64,000 nucleotides of DNA from an uncultured Candidatus Saccharibacteria bacterium (GTDB taxonomy: Bacteria > Patescibacteriota > Minisyncoccia > UBA6257 > GWB1-50-10), in NCBI GenBank assembly GCA_964356375.1, contig CAYHGT010000001.1, positions 9,221 through 73,220 on the forward strand, given 5' to 3'. Made by a program: the position numbers and the translations under genes. The notes beneath the pieces were generated by a model. The model was given only the letters and a program-made list of their open reading frames with translations. It was not told the origin of the DNA and made no database searches. Shown piece after piece: positions 27,079-35,917 of this stretch. Position 1 is the first letter of the stretch; the number at the start of each line of letters is the position of its first letter.

Positions 27079-29088
27079 ATGGAATCACACGATTTTCCTA
27101 AAGAACAAATAATACCGCGAGAAGGTGGCAAATTGCCTAAAAAGCCAATTGATGTGGCAGTTGAAATTCTGGAGAGTTCGGAAATTTCCGCGGAACAAAA
27201 AAAGAAGCCAGAAAATTTTACCGAGTTTAAGCAAGAAGAAAATGTGGTAGTAGATAGATTTTTCAAAAAAACAGGAAAGGCGCTTTCCCGCGCAACACTC
27301 GCACTCTCACTTTTTATTGGTGCCTCATCCGCATATGGGCAGGATTTGGAAAAGGACGCTAAGAGCGATGAAGCAATTGTGCAAAAAGCAGAAGATGGTT
27401 CCACCTCAACTATTGAAAGATTAATGAGCCGAATGACTATAACGCTCGGTGGGACTCACGAACAACAAACCCCATTCAATGGCGAAACATTTAATGAGGT
27501 TTATAATTACAAACCACTCACTGAAACAAAATTTTATAATAAGCTTTCACAAGAGCAGTTTAGGGAGGTGGATGAGTCGTATTTTTCCGCCATAGCATCT
27601 AAAGACGCGGATGCATATTTTAGCACAATACGAGCGTTCAATGAGAGAACAGATAAAACACCTTTAGACGGTATGCAAAAAGCTTTGTTGTTACAGCGGA
27701 TAGGTGCAGAGCTTTATTTTAAATACAATGCCGACATGCTTGCGAGGGGTGAGCGCGTGAAAATATCCGAGAATGATATGCTCAATTCTTTAAAAAATAA
27801 GGATGATAAGAGTGGAATATGCGGTAATATTGCCACCTTTGTCACGAAGACGGCGAGGAGCTTGGGGTATGATGCGTGGCTTCAAAGCACAATGCATAAA
27901 AGTGGCGGACATGCGGTGACTGGCTTGGTTTTGGATAATGGGAACTTAGCTTTTTTTGACGGCAGTCATTTTTTGGACACGGATACAAAAAATTATAAAA
28001 AAGCATTGGGAGTGCTTGATAAGATGAACGAGAGAGTTTCTTTGTGGTCATACACACAACTTAGCGGAGGGAATATGGTGCAAGTAGACAGCGATGCAGG
28101 ATTGGTTACAAAGAAATTTGCCGGCATTCGCGCAACACAAAATGAATTAGATGCAATGCTTGGGGCTGGGGCAGTGAGGAAAAATCTTGGGGGTGTTGAT
28201 GTTGCCATCGGTCCCGAAGAGAAGACGCTCAGTCTTACTGACAATTATGTAAGTCTCACGTTTTCAAATTATGAAAATACGCCGATAGGTGGAATTGCAA
28301 ATCCATATCAAGCACTTCATTCGCTCAATTCGGTTCGCCTTGGCACCAATTTTGCAGGAGAGCGCCTTGGGTTGGATATGAACGTGTCCTATATGAATTT
28401 TTCGTTGGATGATATGCAAAAAGGGAAGGTTAATAATTATGATGCGGCTATTTTCCAAATATTTGGAAGTTATCTTGGTAAAAAACACGAATTAACAAAA
28501 GGTGAGCTCGGGACGCTGAGCGCTCAACTTGGCGCGACACTGCAAGCAGCAATCAATGTTCCATTTAGTAATGAAGATAAATCACAGCCAACACTGAATC
28601 GCGTTCGCGTTATGGGCGAGGTGGCTATGGGCGCAAAGGTAATCTATATTGATCCAAGTGAAGCCAATACATTCTATATTGAGGCGTCAACACGTGCAGA
28701 TGAAATAGCTAGTGATGTGGAGCGACAAAAACCAAGTTTAATAAGTGGCGCAAGTCGTTTCGGTGTAGGCGCAGAGATAAGGGCGCACAAAGGAATAGTG
28801 CTTGGATTTAACGCGGCAAAAACAAAAGAGGTTTGGGGCAACAGCACGAAAGCAAAATTACACATTAAGACGCCAACTATTGGCCTTGAGATTATCCACG
28901 AAGATGCAAAATCCAATGAGAAGCAGATCATTCCCTCAACAACAAAGACAAGCGCCAACCTTTCTTATAAGTGGAATCCAAAATACGAAGTGCGCGTGAC
29001 TGGATTTAAATCAAGCGAACAATACAAAGGTGCGAAATCTACAAATGAGGTTGGAGCAAACGTTACATTAGTGATGCGATTCTTTTAA
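27079..29088 (+). CDS. Hypothetical exported protein: transglutaminase-like Cys-His-Asp core plus beta-strand-rich C-terminus
   Basis: Delayed signal/TM ATLALSLFIGASSAYG; GICGNIA...GGHAV...FFDG; alternating strands ending VGANVTLVMRFF. Confidence 0.65.
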   Translation: MESHDFPKEQIIPREGGKLPKKPIDVAVEILESSEISAEQKKKPENFTEFKQEENVVVDRFFKKTGKALSRATLALSLFIGASSAYGQDLEKDAKSDEAIVQKAEDGSTSTIERLMSRMTITLGGTHEQQTPFNGETFNEVYNYKPLTETKFYNKLSQEQFREVDESYFSAIASKDADAYFSTIRAFNERTDKTPLDGMQKALLLQRIGAELYFKYNADMLARGERVKISENDMLNSLKNKDDKSGICGNIATFVTKTARSLGYDAWLQSTMHKSGGHAVTGLVLDNGNLAFFDGSHFLDTDTKNYKKALGVLDKMNERVSLWSYTQLSGGNMVQVDSDAGLVTKKFAGIRATQNELDAMLGAGAVRKNLGGVDVAIGPEEKTLSLTDNYVSLTFSNYENTPIGGIANPYQALHSLNSVRLGTNFAGERLGLDMNVSYMNFSLDDMQKGKVNNYDAAIFQIFGSYLGKKHELTKGELGTLSAQLGATLQAAINVPFSNEDKSQPTLNRVRVMGEVAMGAKVIYIDPSEANTFYIEASTRADEIASDVERQKPSLISGASRFGVGAEIRAHKGIVLGFNAAKTKEVWGNSTKAKLHIKTPTIGLEIIHEDAKSNEKQIIPSTTKTSANLSYKWNPKYEVRVTGFKSSEQYKGAKSTNEVGANVTLVMRFF

Positions 29089-29175
29089 GTAACCCAACCA
29101 ATCTGGTTTACGAAACGAGCTGTAGCGGTTCCCTTTTGATTGTAACTTTGCTCGTAGATGATACTATGCGTATAT

Positions 29176-30198
29176 ATGGGTGAAAAAATGCCAATGGGTG
29201 AGCGTCCAGAGCCGGTAGTGGTTGGTTCGGCCTCCCCCGAAAGAAAAAAAGCAGCGCAACAGGATCTTATGGATAAATTTGGAGAGGCTCACTATGAGCA
29301 ACTTTCTGAAGAAGCGATAAAAATATTGGAGGCAAACGAAAAACAAAAGGACCCCTACGAAATAGAGGCTATCAAAGGGGCAAACAAAATTACCAATGAA
29401 TTTCTTGCTGAGTTTGGATGTACCGAGTTTGATATTCCCGAGCAAAACGTCCATATTATTCCACCCAATCTATTTAGGGAGCTGGGAAGTAATCCGACAA
29501 CAGTTGCGCTTGCGATGGTTGAAAAGCAGGCAATCGCGCTTGATAGTGATGCAACGCGACAACCATTTGTAAAACTATGCACCATTCTTCACGAGATGAC
29601 TCACCTAAAAGGATTTCTTTCGTTTGAGATGCGCGTTGGTGAAAGCGAACGGTTTCGCCGTGGTGGACTTACTGTGTTTGCTTCTCCGGAAAAGGCAAAA
29701 AATGGACAATCATTTGAGGCGTTTCGGGGAATGGATGAGGGTGTTGTTGCAGAAATTGAAAAAAGATACACACCTCGACTTGTGCGGGAAAACCCATATT
29801 TAAAAGGTGAGCGAGAAAGACAGATGTCCGATGAGTCTGTTGCATTGAAGGAAGAGATTGCAACGAGAGAGGGCTTGGATACAAGTGAAATTTTTCTAGT
29901 AAACAAAGAGGCAAAAAGCTATGCAACATTTCCTTATAAACCACAGCGGAAGGCATTGAATTATATTGTGGATGCGCTATACGAAGGTAATAGCGAGAAA
30001 TTTAAATCAAGAGATGATGCAATGAAATTATTTTTCAAAGCGCATTTTGACGGAAATATAGTTCCAATCGCGCGCTTAATCGAAAAAGCATTCGGCAAGG
30101 GCTCGTTCCGCACAATCGGGATGATGGATGAAAAGGGTGGCAATTCCGCCGCAATGGTTATGGATTATTTGATAAAGCATAAGAAGAGGGGGGAATAA
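29176..30198 (+). CDS. Hypothetical zincin-like (HExxH) metalloprotease
   Basis: ILHEMTHLKG with downstream MDEGVVAEI (gluzincin-type third ligand). Confidence 0.65.
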   Translation: MGEKMPMGERPEPVVVGSASPERKKAAQQDLMDKFGEAHYEQLSEEAIKILEANEKQKDPYEIEAIKGANKITNEFLAEFGCTEFDIPEQNVHIIPPNLFRELGSNPTTVALAMVEKQAIALDSDATRQPFVKLCTILHEMTHLKGFLSFEMRVGESERFRRGGLTVFASPEKAKNGQSFEAFRGMDEGVVAEIEKRYTPRLVRENPYLKGERERQMSDESVALKEEIATREGLDTSEIFLVNKEAKSYATFPYKPQRKALNYIVDALYEGNSEKFKSRDDAMKLFFKAHFDGNIVPIARLIEKAFGKGSFRTIGMMDEKGGNSAAMVMDYLIKHKKRGE

Positions 30199-30209
30199 CG
30201 GATAGATTG

Positions 30210-30388
30210 GACTCTTTTTAACAAAAAACGGAACCGCGGGGACTTCGGTGGAAATTGAACATTGTTCGCATGCAACATTGCTCACTCCTTGGAACCCAGC
30301 GGTTCCTTGTGCCACGTCCCGCCGTTGGCGGGGCGACCCCCTTCTTTGTTCGATTTCCACAACTGGGTGTGACTCTTTTTAATAAAAA
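30210..30388. repeat. Element bounded by an 18-bp direct repeat, with interleaved inverted repeats
   Basis: GACTCTTTTTAA(C/T)AAAAA at 30210 and 30371; A 30230-40, B 30248-61, A' 30295-306, B' 30347-60. Confidence 0.65.
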
Positions 30389-30460
30389 CTCGCCGTCGCT
30401 CGTTTTCATTAAAAACCGGGGCTCACTGTGTGGCGGCGCTCGCCACACAACGCTGCGCCC

Positions 30461-30556
30461 TTCGAGTCCCAACGCGAGATGAGTAGTCGTCTCGCTCCTC
30501 AGGCAATCAAAAAAGCGCTTTCGCGCTTTTTTTATGTGCCTGAGGTGGGACTCGAA
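30461..30556. repeat. Inverted copy of the tRNA-Leu 3' end around a terminator-like hairpin
   Basis: TTCGAGTCCCA[hairpin]CCTCAGGCA-AAAAAAGCGC-TTTC-GCGCTTTTTT-TGCCTGAGG-TGGGACTCGAA. Confidence 0.75.
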
Positions 30557-30619
30557 CCCACACAGGGATTACCTACACGATTTTGAGTCGTGCGCGTATA
30601 CCAGTTCCGCCACTCAGGC
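30537..30619 (-). tRNA. tRNA-Leu(CAA)
   Basis: GCCTGAG acceptor stem, D-loop GGAACTGGTA, anticodon arm CACGA-CTCAAAA-TCGTG, variable arm, GGTTCGAGTCC; CCA not encoded. Confidence 0.95.
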
Positions 30620-30633
30620 TTTGTTTTCAAACA

Positions 30634-30879
30634 TCATTTTACTACAAACTCTGCCTTTATCCAGTCTTTGCCAACCCCCGATTTCAAGTATTTTTCTCGT
30701 TTTCTTGCTTCGGGTCTAGTTGTAAACGTCTCAGCGCACAGAAGCTCAAATGGTCGATAGGGGGCGGTGGTATGCCCCTTGCCTTTCTGGTGTTCGTTCA
30801 CTCTTCGCTCCAGATTGTTTGTAAGCCCAACGTAGATATAATTCTTTGTCGTGCTTTTTAGTACGTACACGAAAAACAT
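30634..30879 (-). CDS. Small GIY-YIG nuclease family protein
   Basis: FVYVLKS...YIYVGLTNNLERRVNEHQKG...TTAPYRPFEL...EARKREKYLKSG. Confidence 0.92.
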   Translation of the reverse strand: MFFVYVLKSTTKNYIYVGLTNNLERRVNEHQKGKGHTTAPYRPFELLCAETFTTRPEARKREKYLKSGVGKDWIKAEFVVK

Positions 30880-30891
30880 ATTTTAATATGA

Positions 30892-30970
30892 CGTGCGCGC
30901 CTACCTTCGGTAGGCAGGTATACCAGTGGAGTTTATCCGCCGCAGGCGGGCCACTCAGGCTTATTTTCAA
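30892..30970 (-). pseudogene. Duplicated 5' half of tRNA-Leu interrupted by two palindromic inserts
   Basis: GCCTGAGTGG[insert]ACTGGTATAC[CTGCCTACCGAAGGTAGG]CGCGCACG, compared with the tRNA's GCCTGAGTGGCGGAACTGGTATACGCGCACG. Confidence 0.75.
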
Positions 30971-31018
30971 TTTCTATGCACATTGAGAATGCCATAGAAA
31001 TACGATAGAGTAAAGAGA

Positions 31019-32005
31019 ATGGCGAGAGTAATTGTAGTATATAACCAAAAAGGTGGCGTCGGAAAAACGACGACTGCTATGAATTTGGCTGCCTATCTTG
31101 CAATACACGGCTATCGCACGTTGCTTATTGATTTTGATCCACAATTCAATGCAACGTCTGGTCTTGGTGTGCGTCACGAACCAGACGAAACTATTTACCA
31201 CGCACTTCTTGCAGGTCAGCATCCGCAACGCGTGATAAAACCGACACATCTTGCGAATCTGCATCTTACACCCTCATCGGGTGATTTGGCGGGTGCCCTT
31301 GTTGAGTTGGTTAATTTGCCGGAACGCGAATATTATTTGAAAAATTTTGTGACGCACGTACGCCCGCAATATGACTTCATTTTTATTGACCTTCCTCCAA
31401 GCTTAAATCTTTTGACGGTGAATGGTCTCTTGGCGTCTGACGAAATAATCGTGCCCGTGCAGTGCGAATACTATAGTTTGGAAGGGCTCGCACAATTGTT
31501 GCAAACCATAGATTTGATTCGCAATAACGCAGGGCATCCGATTAAGGTTGGTGGCGCATTGCTTACGATGTACGATAAGCGCGAACGACTCTCCCGCGAG
31601 ATTGCGCGAGAAGTGCGAAGGCGTTTTCCGCATCATGTGTACGAGGTTGAGATTCCGCGTTCGGTGAGTTTGGCAGAAGCGCCCAGTTTTCAAAAACCGG
31701 TCGCGTTGCACGCACCACACAGCTCGGGCGCAGAGGCATACGAAAAATTAGCGCGCGAGGTTGCGATGCAATTTGCGACGAGTATTCCGGAAATGCCCGG
31801 CGCGAGTATTGTAGGATTGCAGAATGTCATTCCGACTATTGAAACCGTACGACAAGAAGCAATTGTTGAAAATTTAATGCAGAGCGTGGAAGATATCCCT
31901 ATCCGTTCCGCGTATTTTGAAGAACTCACAGAGCCCTTCATGCTTTTCTCGTTTGATGAGGCGCATGAAAATAACGAAGAAATATCCACAAGCGGTCAAG
32001 TTTGA
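31019..32005 (+). CDS. parA: Chromosome partitioning ATPase ParA/Soj with an acidic C-terminal extension
   Basis: NQKGGVGKTTT, IDFDPQFNAT, IDLPPSL, PVQCEYYSLEG, LAEAPS. Confidence 0.95.
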   Translation: MARVIVVYNQKGGVGKTTTAMNLAAYLAIHGYRTLLIDFDPQFNATSGLGVRHEPDETIYHALLAGQHPQRVIKPTHLANLHLTPSSGDLAGALVELVNLPEREYYLKNFVTHVRPQYDFIFIDLPPSLNLLTVNGLLASDEIIVPVQCEYYSLEGLAQLLQTIDLIRNNAGHPIKVGGALLTMYDKRERLSREIAREVRRRFPHHVYEVEIPRSVSLAEAPSFQKPVALHAPHSSGAEAYEKLAREVAMQFATSIPEMPGASIVGLQNVIPTIETVRQEAIVENLMQSVEDIPIRSAYFEELTEPFMLFSFDEAHENNEEISTSGQV

Positions 32006-32463
32006 TACCACATTTCTACAGTAATATTATTGCAACTGGTTCTCATCACATTGAACTATATGATGGGTGTGTGAGGTATCGGCCGGTACTCTCACGTATC
32101 AGGATTGTGGCGAGGTATGATGTTGGGCTAGCGTATACGTTTTTAAAACAGAGGTAGGTTGTGTGGACGACTGACAACGCAATATTTTCGGATTTCAAGT
32201 TGTTCTTTCTTTAATTATTTTCACTTGAAATCATACGAATGCGTAGTATCAGTGGTTCACAACACCCCTCTGTTTTATTACGTCTAGAGAGGAGCGAAAT
32301 AAAAACGTATTCGTTTTCATTTAGTCCGAACGACGACGGAACAAAAGTATTGAATCACGCGGGTTGCCCAACGATTCAATACTTTTTATTTTGTCTAGAA
32401 TTTTTTGACAAAATGTCGCAACAAGTGCATTCTGTTTTTAGTAACTACCAAAAGGAGGACACT

Positions 32464-32688
32464 ATGTCCAAAATCCCAGAAGGTTATGTGAAACCACTGT
32501 GTCAGCCTAGCACAGAATGTGCATGTAGTTTTTTAATTTTTGGCGAAGAATTTGAGTGTGCTAAGGGAACGCCCTTTGCTGCGCTCATTGAAGAGAGGCG
32601 CCGAGCGGGCACCATGAACGCGAAGGGCGATAATTGTTCGGGCCCGCCCGATTTCATTCTCCCCGATGTGCTAGGAGGTATGCAATGA
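32464..32688 (+). CDS. Small Cys-rich hypothetical protein
   Basis: SD AAGGAGGA before the ATG; CQPSTECACSFL...ECAKG...NAKGDNCSG. Confidence 0.6.
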   Translation: MSKIPEGYVKPLCQPSTECACSFLIFGEEFECAKGTPFAALIEERRRAGTMNAKGDNCSGPPDFILPDVLGGMQ

Positions 32689-32942
32689 AGGAACGAGAAA
32701 TACATTGCGCAATTTGTAACAAAGTTACTGTGCATACGCAGGCGTTTGAAGCGTCATCGGTATTTCGCACGGAGGCATCCCCGTGGATGTGTATACACGA
32801 GCACCTCAGTGATGGTGCCAGCTGTCATTGTTGCGGCGCACCACTAAGCGAACAATCCATAAAGCTTAGTCGTGCCCTTGGGGTGACAAAAGTCGCTTGT
32901 GGCAAATGCAACAAGAACTCCAAGCCAAAATTCTGCTCTTAG
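32685..32942 (+). CDS. Small zinc-ribbon-like protein (CxxC motifs)
   Basis: SD AGGAGG; ATGA overlap; CAIC, CHCC, CGKC. Confidence 0.6.
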   Translation: MKEREIHCAICNKVTVHTQAFEASSVFRTEASPWMCIHEHLSDGASCHCCGAPLSEQSIKLSRALGVTKVACGKCNKNSKPKFCS

Positions 32943-32956
32943 AAGAATTCATTTAC

Positions 32957-32992
32957 CCGCCCTTCGATAAACTCAGGGCGGTTTTTTATTTT
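32957..32992 (+). terminator. Terminator whose loop resembles a CTTCGAnAAnCTCAG REP-like motif
   Basis: ccgccct-tcgataaactc-agggcgg-tttttt. Confidence 0.65.
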
Positions 32993-33019
32993 TTGTGTTT
33001 AGTATAGAATGAAATAACT

Positions 33020-34024
33020 ATGTTAGGGCGAGGACTTGAATCTCTTATTCCAAATAATAAGCAGGGAGGTAACAACGGAAATGTGGTTCCGCTGGTTTCG
33101 ATACCACAACACTCGGATGCGTGGCCACACGTGGCACCCATGCAACCGATGCCACCACTTCACAATCCTGCAATTCCGGCGCGCCCACCGCAACAAATTC
33201 ACGAGGATACAAGAGCACGAGAAGCATCCCGAGAGAAAGTGCCACACGAGTCCGTATTTTTAATTGAGGTGGATAAGATAAAAGCGAACCCCTATCAACC
33301 ACGTCACGAATTTGAGGCGGAGGCGTTGCAAGAGCTCGCGCAATCCATTCGCGAATTTGGCATCATTCAACCGCTCACAGTTTCCAAAGTAATGAAGGAG
33401 GCGGAGACGGGGGCTGACGTGGAATACCAGCTTATTGCGGGCGAACGCCGTTTGCGTGCGGCAAAAATGGCGGGCCTGGAACGTGTCCCCGCAATTATAA
33501 GGAAGGTGGACGGAAGCAAGGCAAAATTGGAAATCGCGCTTATTGAAAATATTCAGCGTAGTAATTTGAATGCATTGGAGTCGGCAAAAGCATATGCGCG
33601 TCTGCAAGACGAGTTTGGGCTTACTCAGCGCGAGATAGCCGTACGAGTGGGGAAGAGTCGCGAATCGGTCGCAAATACGATTCGTCTTTTAAGCTTGCCC
33701 ACGCAAATTCAGGATGCAATCTCACAATCCAAGCTTTCAGAATCACAGGGACGCGCGTTACTTGCAATGCAAGACCCAAATGAGCAAATAAAGATGTTTG
33801 AGGAATTGCTCCATAAGCGAACGAGTGTACGCGAAATAAAAGAAAAGATGATTCTGCACATAGATCCACAACAGAAATTCTGGGAGCAGAAACTTGAAGA
33901 AAAGTTTGGCGCGCCAGTAAAAATAAAGAAACTTGGTGTAGGCGGTATGATTGGCATTCAGTATTATTCAAACGAAGAGCTCCAAGGGATTTTGGAGCGT
34001 CTGATTGGCAATAGTGATTTGTAG
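33020..34024 (+). CDS. parB: Chromosome partitioning protein ParB/Spo0J
   Basis: LGRGLESLI, NPYQPR, GIIQPL, IAGERRLRA, ALIENIQR, HTH. Confidence 0.95.
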   Translation: MLGRGLESLIPNNKQGGNNGNVVPLVSIPQHSDAWPHVAPMQPMPPLHNPAIPARPPQQIHEDTRAREASREKVPHESVFLIEVDKIKANPYQPRHEFEAEALQELAQSIREFGIIQPLTVSKVMKEAETGADVEYQLIAGERRLRAAKMAGLERVPAIIRKVDGSKAKLEIALIENIQRSNLNALESAKAYARLQDEFGLTQREIAVRVGKSRESVANTIRLLSLPTQIQDAISQSKLSESQGRALLAMQDPNEQIKMFEELLHKRTSVREIKEKMILHIDPQQKFWEQKLEEKFGAPVKIKKLGVGGMIGIQYYSNEELQGILERLIGNSDL

Positions 34025-34039
34025 GAGTGGGTTAGGGCA

Positions 34040-35743
34040 CTAACTAAATCGGTGAGTCACTTCACGCGTGCCGCGAATTTTTTTTAATTGCACTAGTAGT
34101 TTTGTTGCTTTCTGTTCTGGAAGCGCATCGCACTTGATAACCACGGTTGCGAAGGTCTTGCGCGCATCCGAGTTCCCGTTTATTGAGTTGATTGTGATTT
34201 TATGTTCCGCAAATACGCCCGCGATATCCTTGAGATATCCCTGACGTACCTGTCCAATTACTTTGAATTCCACGTGGAGCGGTCCAGCTCTTTCACGCAA
34301 CGAGTTTGTTTTTTCACGTAACGCACTTCGTATGTGTCCTTTCGCTTGCTCGGTTTTTACAAAGCGCAACCAATCCTCGGTCGGTTTTTTCCCTTTGTGT
34401 GTGATAATTTCCACCATATCACCTGATTGCAGTTCATAATCAAGGGGCACTATTTTTTGGTTTACTTTGGCGCCCGTGCACTGATCCCCCACGTCCGAGT
34501 GAATTCGATATGCGAAGTCCACTGGTGTAGCGCCACTTGGAAGATCAATCACATCATTACCTGGTGTAACCACAAAGATGCGCTCCTTAAAGAAATCAAC
34601 TTTGAGTGACTGAATAAATTTTTCTTGGTCGGTAAAATTTTCCTGCCAATTGCGAAGTTGTTCCACCCACATTAGCTCGCCTCTGTTTTTCACACCCGTC
34701 CAATTTTGTGTGTTGTACCCCTTTTTATTGCGCGCTTGCTGATATGCCCAATGTGCCGCAATACCCATTTCGCCCTCTTCGTGCATTTCCTCCGTGCGTA
34801 TTTGAATCTCGGTTATCTTATTGTCTACACAAAACACGGTTGTATGTAAACTGCGATACCCATTTGGCTTTGGACGGGCGATGTAGTCCTTGAAACGCCC
34901 TGGAAGCGGAGTCCACAGATGGTGTACTACGCCAAGCACCGAATAACACTCCCCAATTGTTTTCACAATAATACGAATAGCGACGAGGTCATGAATCTTT
35001 TCCAAGTCCATATCGTATCGCTGAAGTTTTTTATACAAACTTGAATAACGCTTTGCGCGCGAGTCAACTTCAAGTGGACGAATATTGTGTTCGCCGAGTG
35101 CGCGCAATAATATTGGTTTTACTTTTTCCGCATAGCGAATACGCGCATTATAAGAATCTTTTACCGTTTCAATCAGCCATTTATATTCTTCGGGGTGGAT
35201 ATAGGGGAATGCGAGATCTTCAAGTTCACCGGAGAGTTTTTGCATACCGAGCCGATAGGCGAGCGGGGCATAAATTTCGGACGTTTCCCATGCAAAGCGT
35301 TCTTGTCGCACTTTTGGAAGATGCTTTAGTGTGCGCATATTGTGCAGGCGATCTGCAAGTTTAATAATTACGACGCGCAAATCTTTGGTGAACGAGACCA
35401 CAAATTTGCGCAAACTCTCTACTTCGGTGTGTCTCGTGTCATCGGGATACTCAAGTGTTTGAAGTTTTGTCAGACCATCCACAAGAAATGCGACTTCGTG
35501 TCCAAACTGTTTTTCAAGTTCTGGTAGCGTCGCCTTGGTGTCTTCAATCACATCGTGCAAGAGTGCAGCCGCAATTGATGCTTCGTCTAGATGCCACTCG
35601 TATACGGATTCCGCCACTTGTTCGCAATGAGTAAAATATGGCTCTCCGCTTTCGCGAAGAATGCCCTTATGCGCATGTTCTGCAAACTCGTAGGCCCTGC
35701 CTATCAGGGTTTGCGGTCCGAATTGTTTTAAGAGGGCGGACAT
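34040..35743 (-). CDS. rel: RelA/SpoT (p)ppGpp synthetase/hydrolase (HD-SYNTH-TGS-ACT)
   Basis: ALLHDVIED, KLADRLHNMRTL, KPNGYRSLHT, EIQIRT, ATPVDFAY. Confidence 0.95.
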   Translation of the reverse strand: MSALLKQFGPQTLIGRAYEFAEHAHKGILRESGEPYFTHCEQVAESVYEWHLDEASIAAALLHDVIEDTKATLPELEKQFGHEVAFLVDGLTKLQTLEYPDDTRHTEVESLRKFVVSFTKDLRVVIIKLADRLHNMRTLKHLPKVRQERFAWETSEIYAPLAYRLGMQKLSGELEDLAFPYIHPEEYKWLIETVKDSYNARIRYAEKVKPILLRALGEHNIRPLEVDSRAKRYSSLYKKLQRYDMDLEKIHDLVAIRIIVKTIGECYSVLGVVHHLWTPLPGRFKDYIARPKPNGYRSLHTTVFCVDNKITEIQIRTEEMHEEGEMGIAAHWAYQQARNKKGYNTQNWTGVKNRGELMWVEQLRNWQENFTDQEKFIQSLKVDFFKERIFVVTPGNDVIDLPSGATPVDFAYRIHSDVGDQCTGAKVNQKIVPLDYELQSGDMVEIITHKGKKPTEDWLRFVKTEQAKGHIRSALREKTNSLRERAGPLHVEFKVIGQVRQGYLKDIAGVFAEHKITINSINGNSDARKTFATVVIKCDALPEQKATKLLVQLKKIRGTREVTHRFS

Positions 35744-35808
35744 GTCTTTTCTTAATGATAGTAAAATTCGTGGAATTGTGCGAACAAGCCATCTATCGGT
35801 GAACAGGT

Positions 35809-35838
35809 TTGACTCCGACGGTACCGTCGGAGTTGACT
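35809..35838. repeat. Palindrome ACTCCGACGGTACCGTCGGAGT between duplicated TTGACT (-35) boxes
   Basis: TTGACT at 35809 and 35833; -10 TATACT at 35855; similar element at 60072-60100. Confidence 0.75.
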
Positions 35839-35870
35839 TAGGTCATTTCACGCATATACTTAGCTATGCA

Positions 35871-35897
35871 TTAGCAATGAATAGTCACCATTGCCAA
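35871..35897 (+). promoter_or_regulatory. Variant CIRCE operator upstream of groES
   Basis: TTAGCAATG-N9-CATTGCCAA, compared with consensus TTAGCACTC-N9-GAGTGCTAA; hrcA is present in the window. Confidence 0.7.
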
Positions 35898-35917
35898 GAA
35901 TTACACTTATTTAATAT

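Noticed and set aside
30218-30482. ORFs 30218-30472 (-) and 30255-30482 (+)
   Set aside because: They overlap palindromic non-coding elements and show no protein-like motifs
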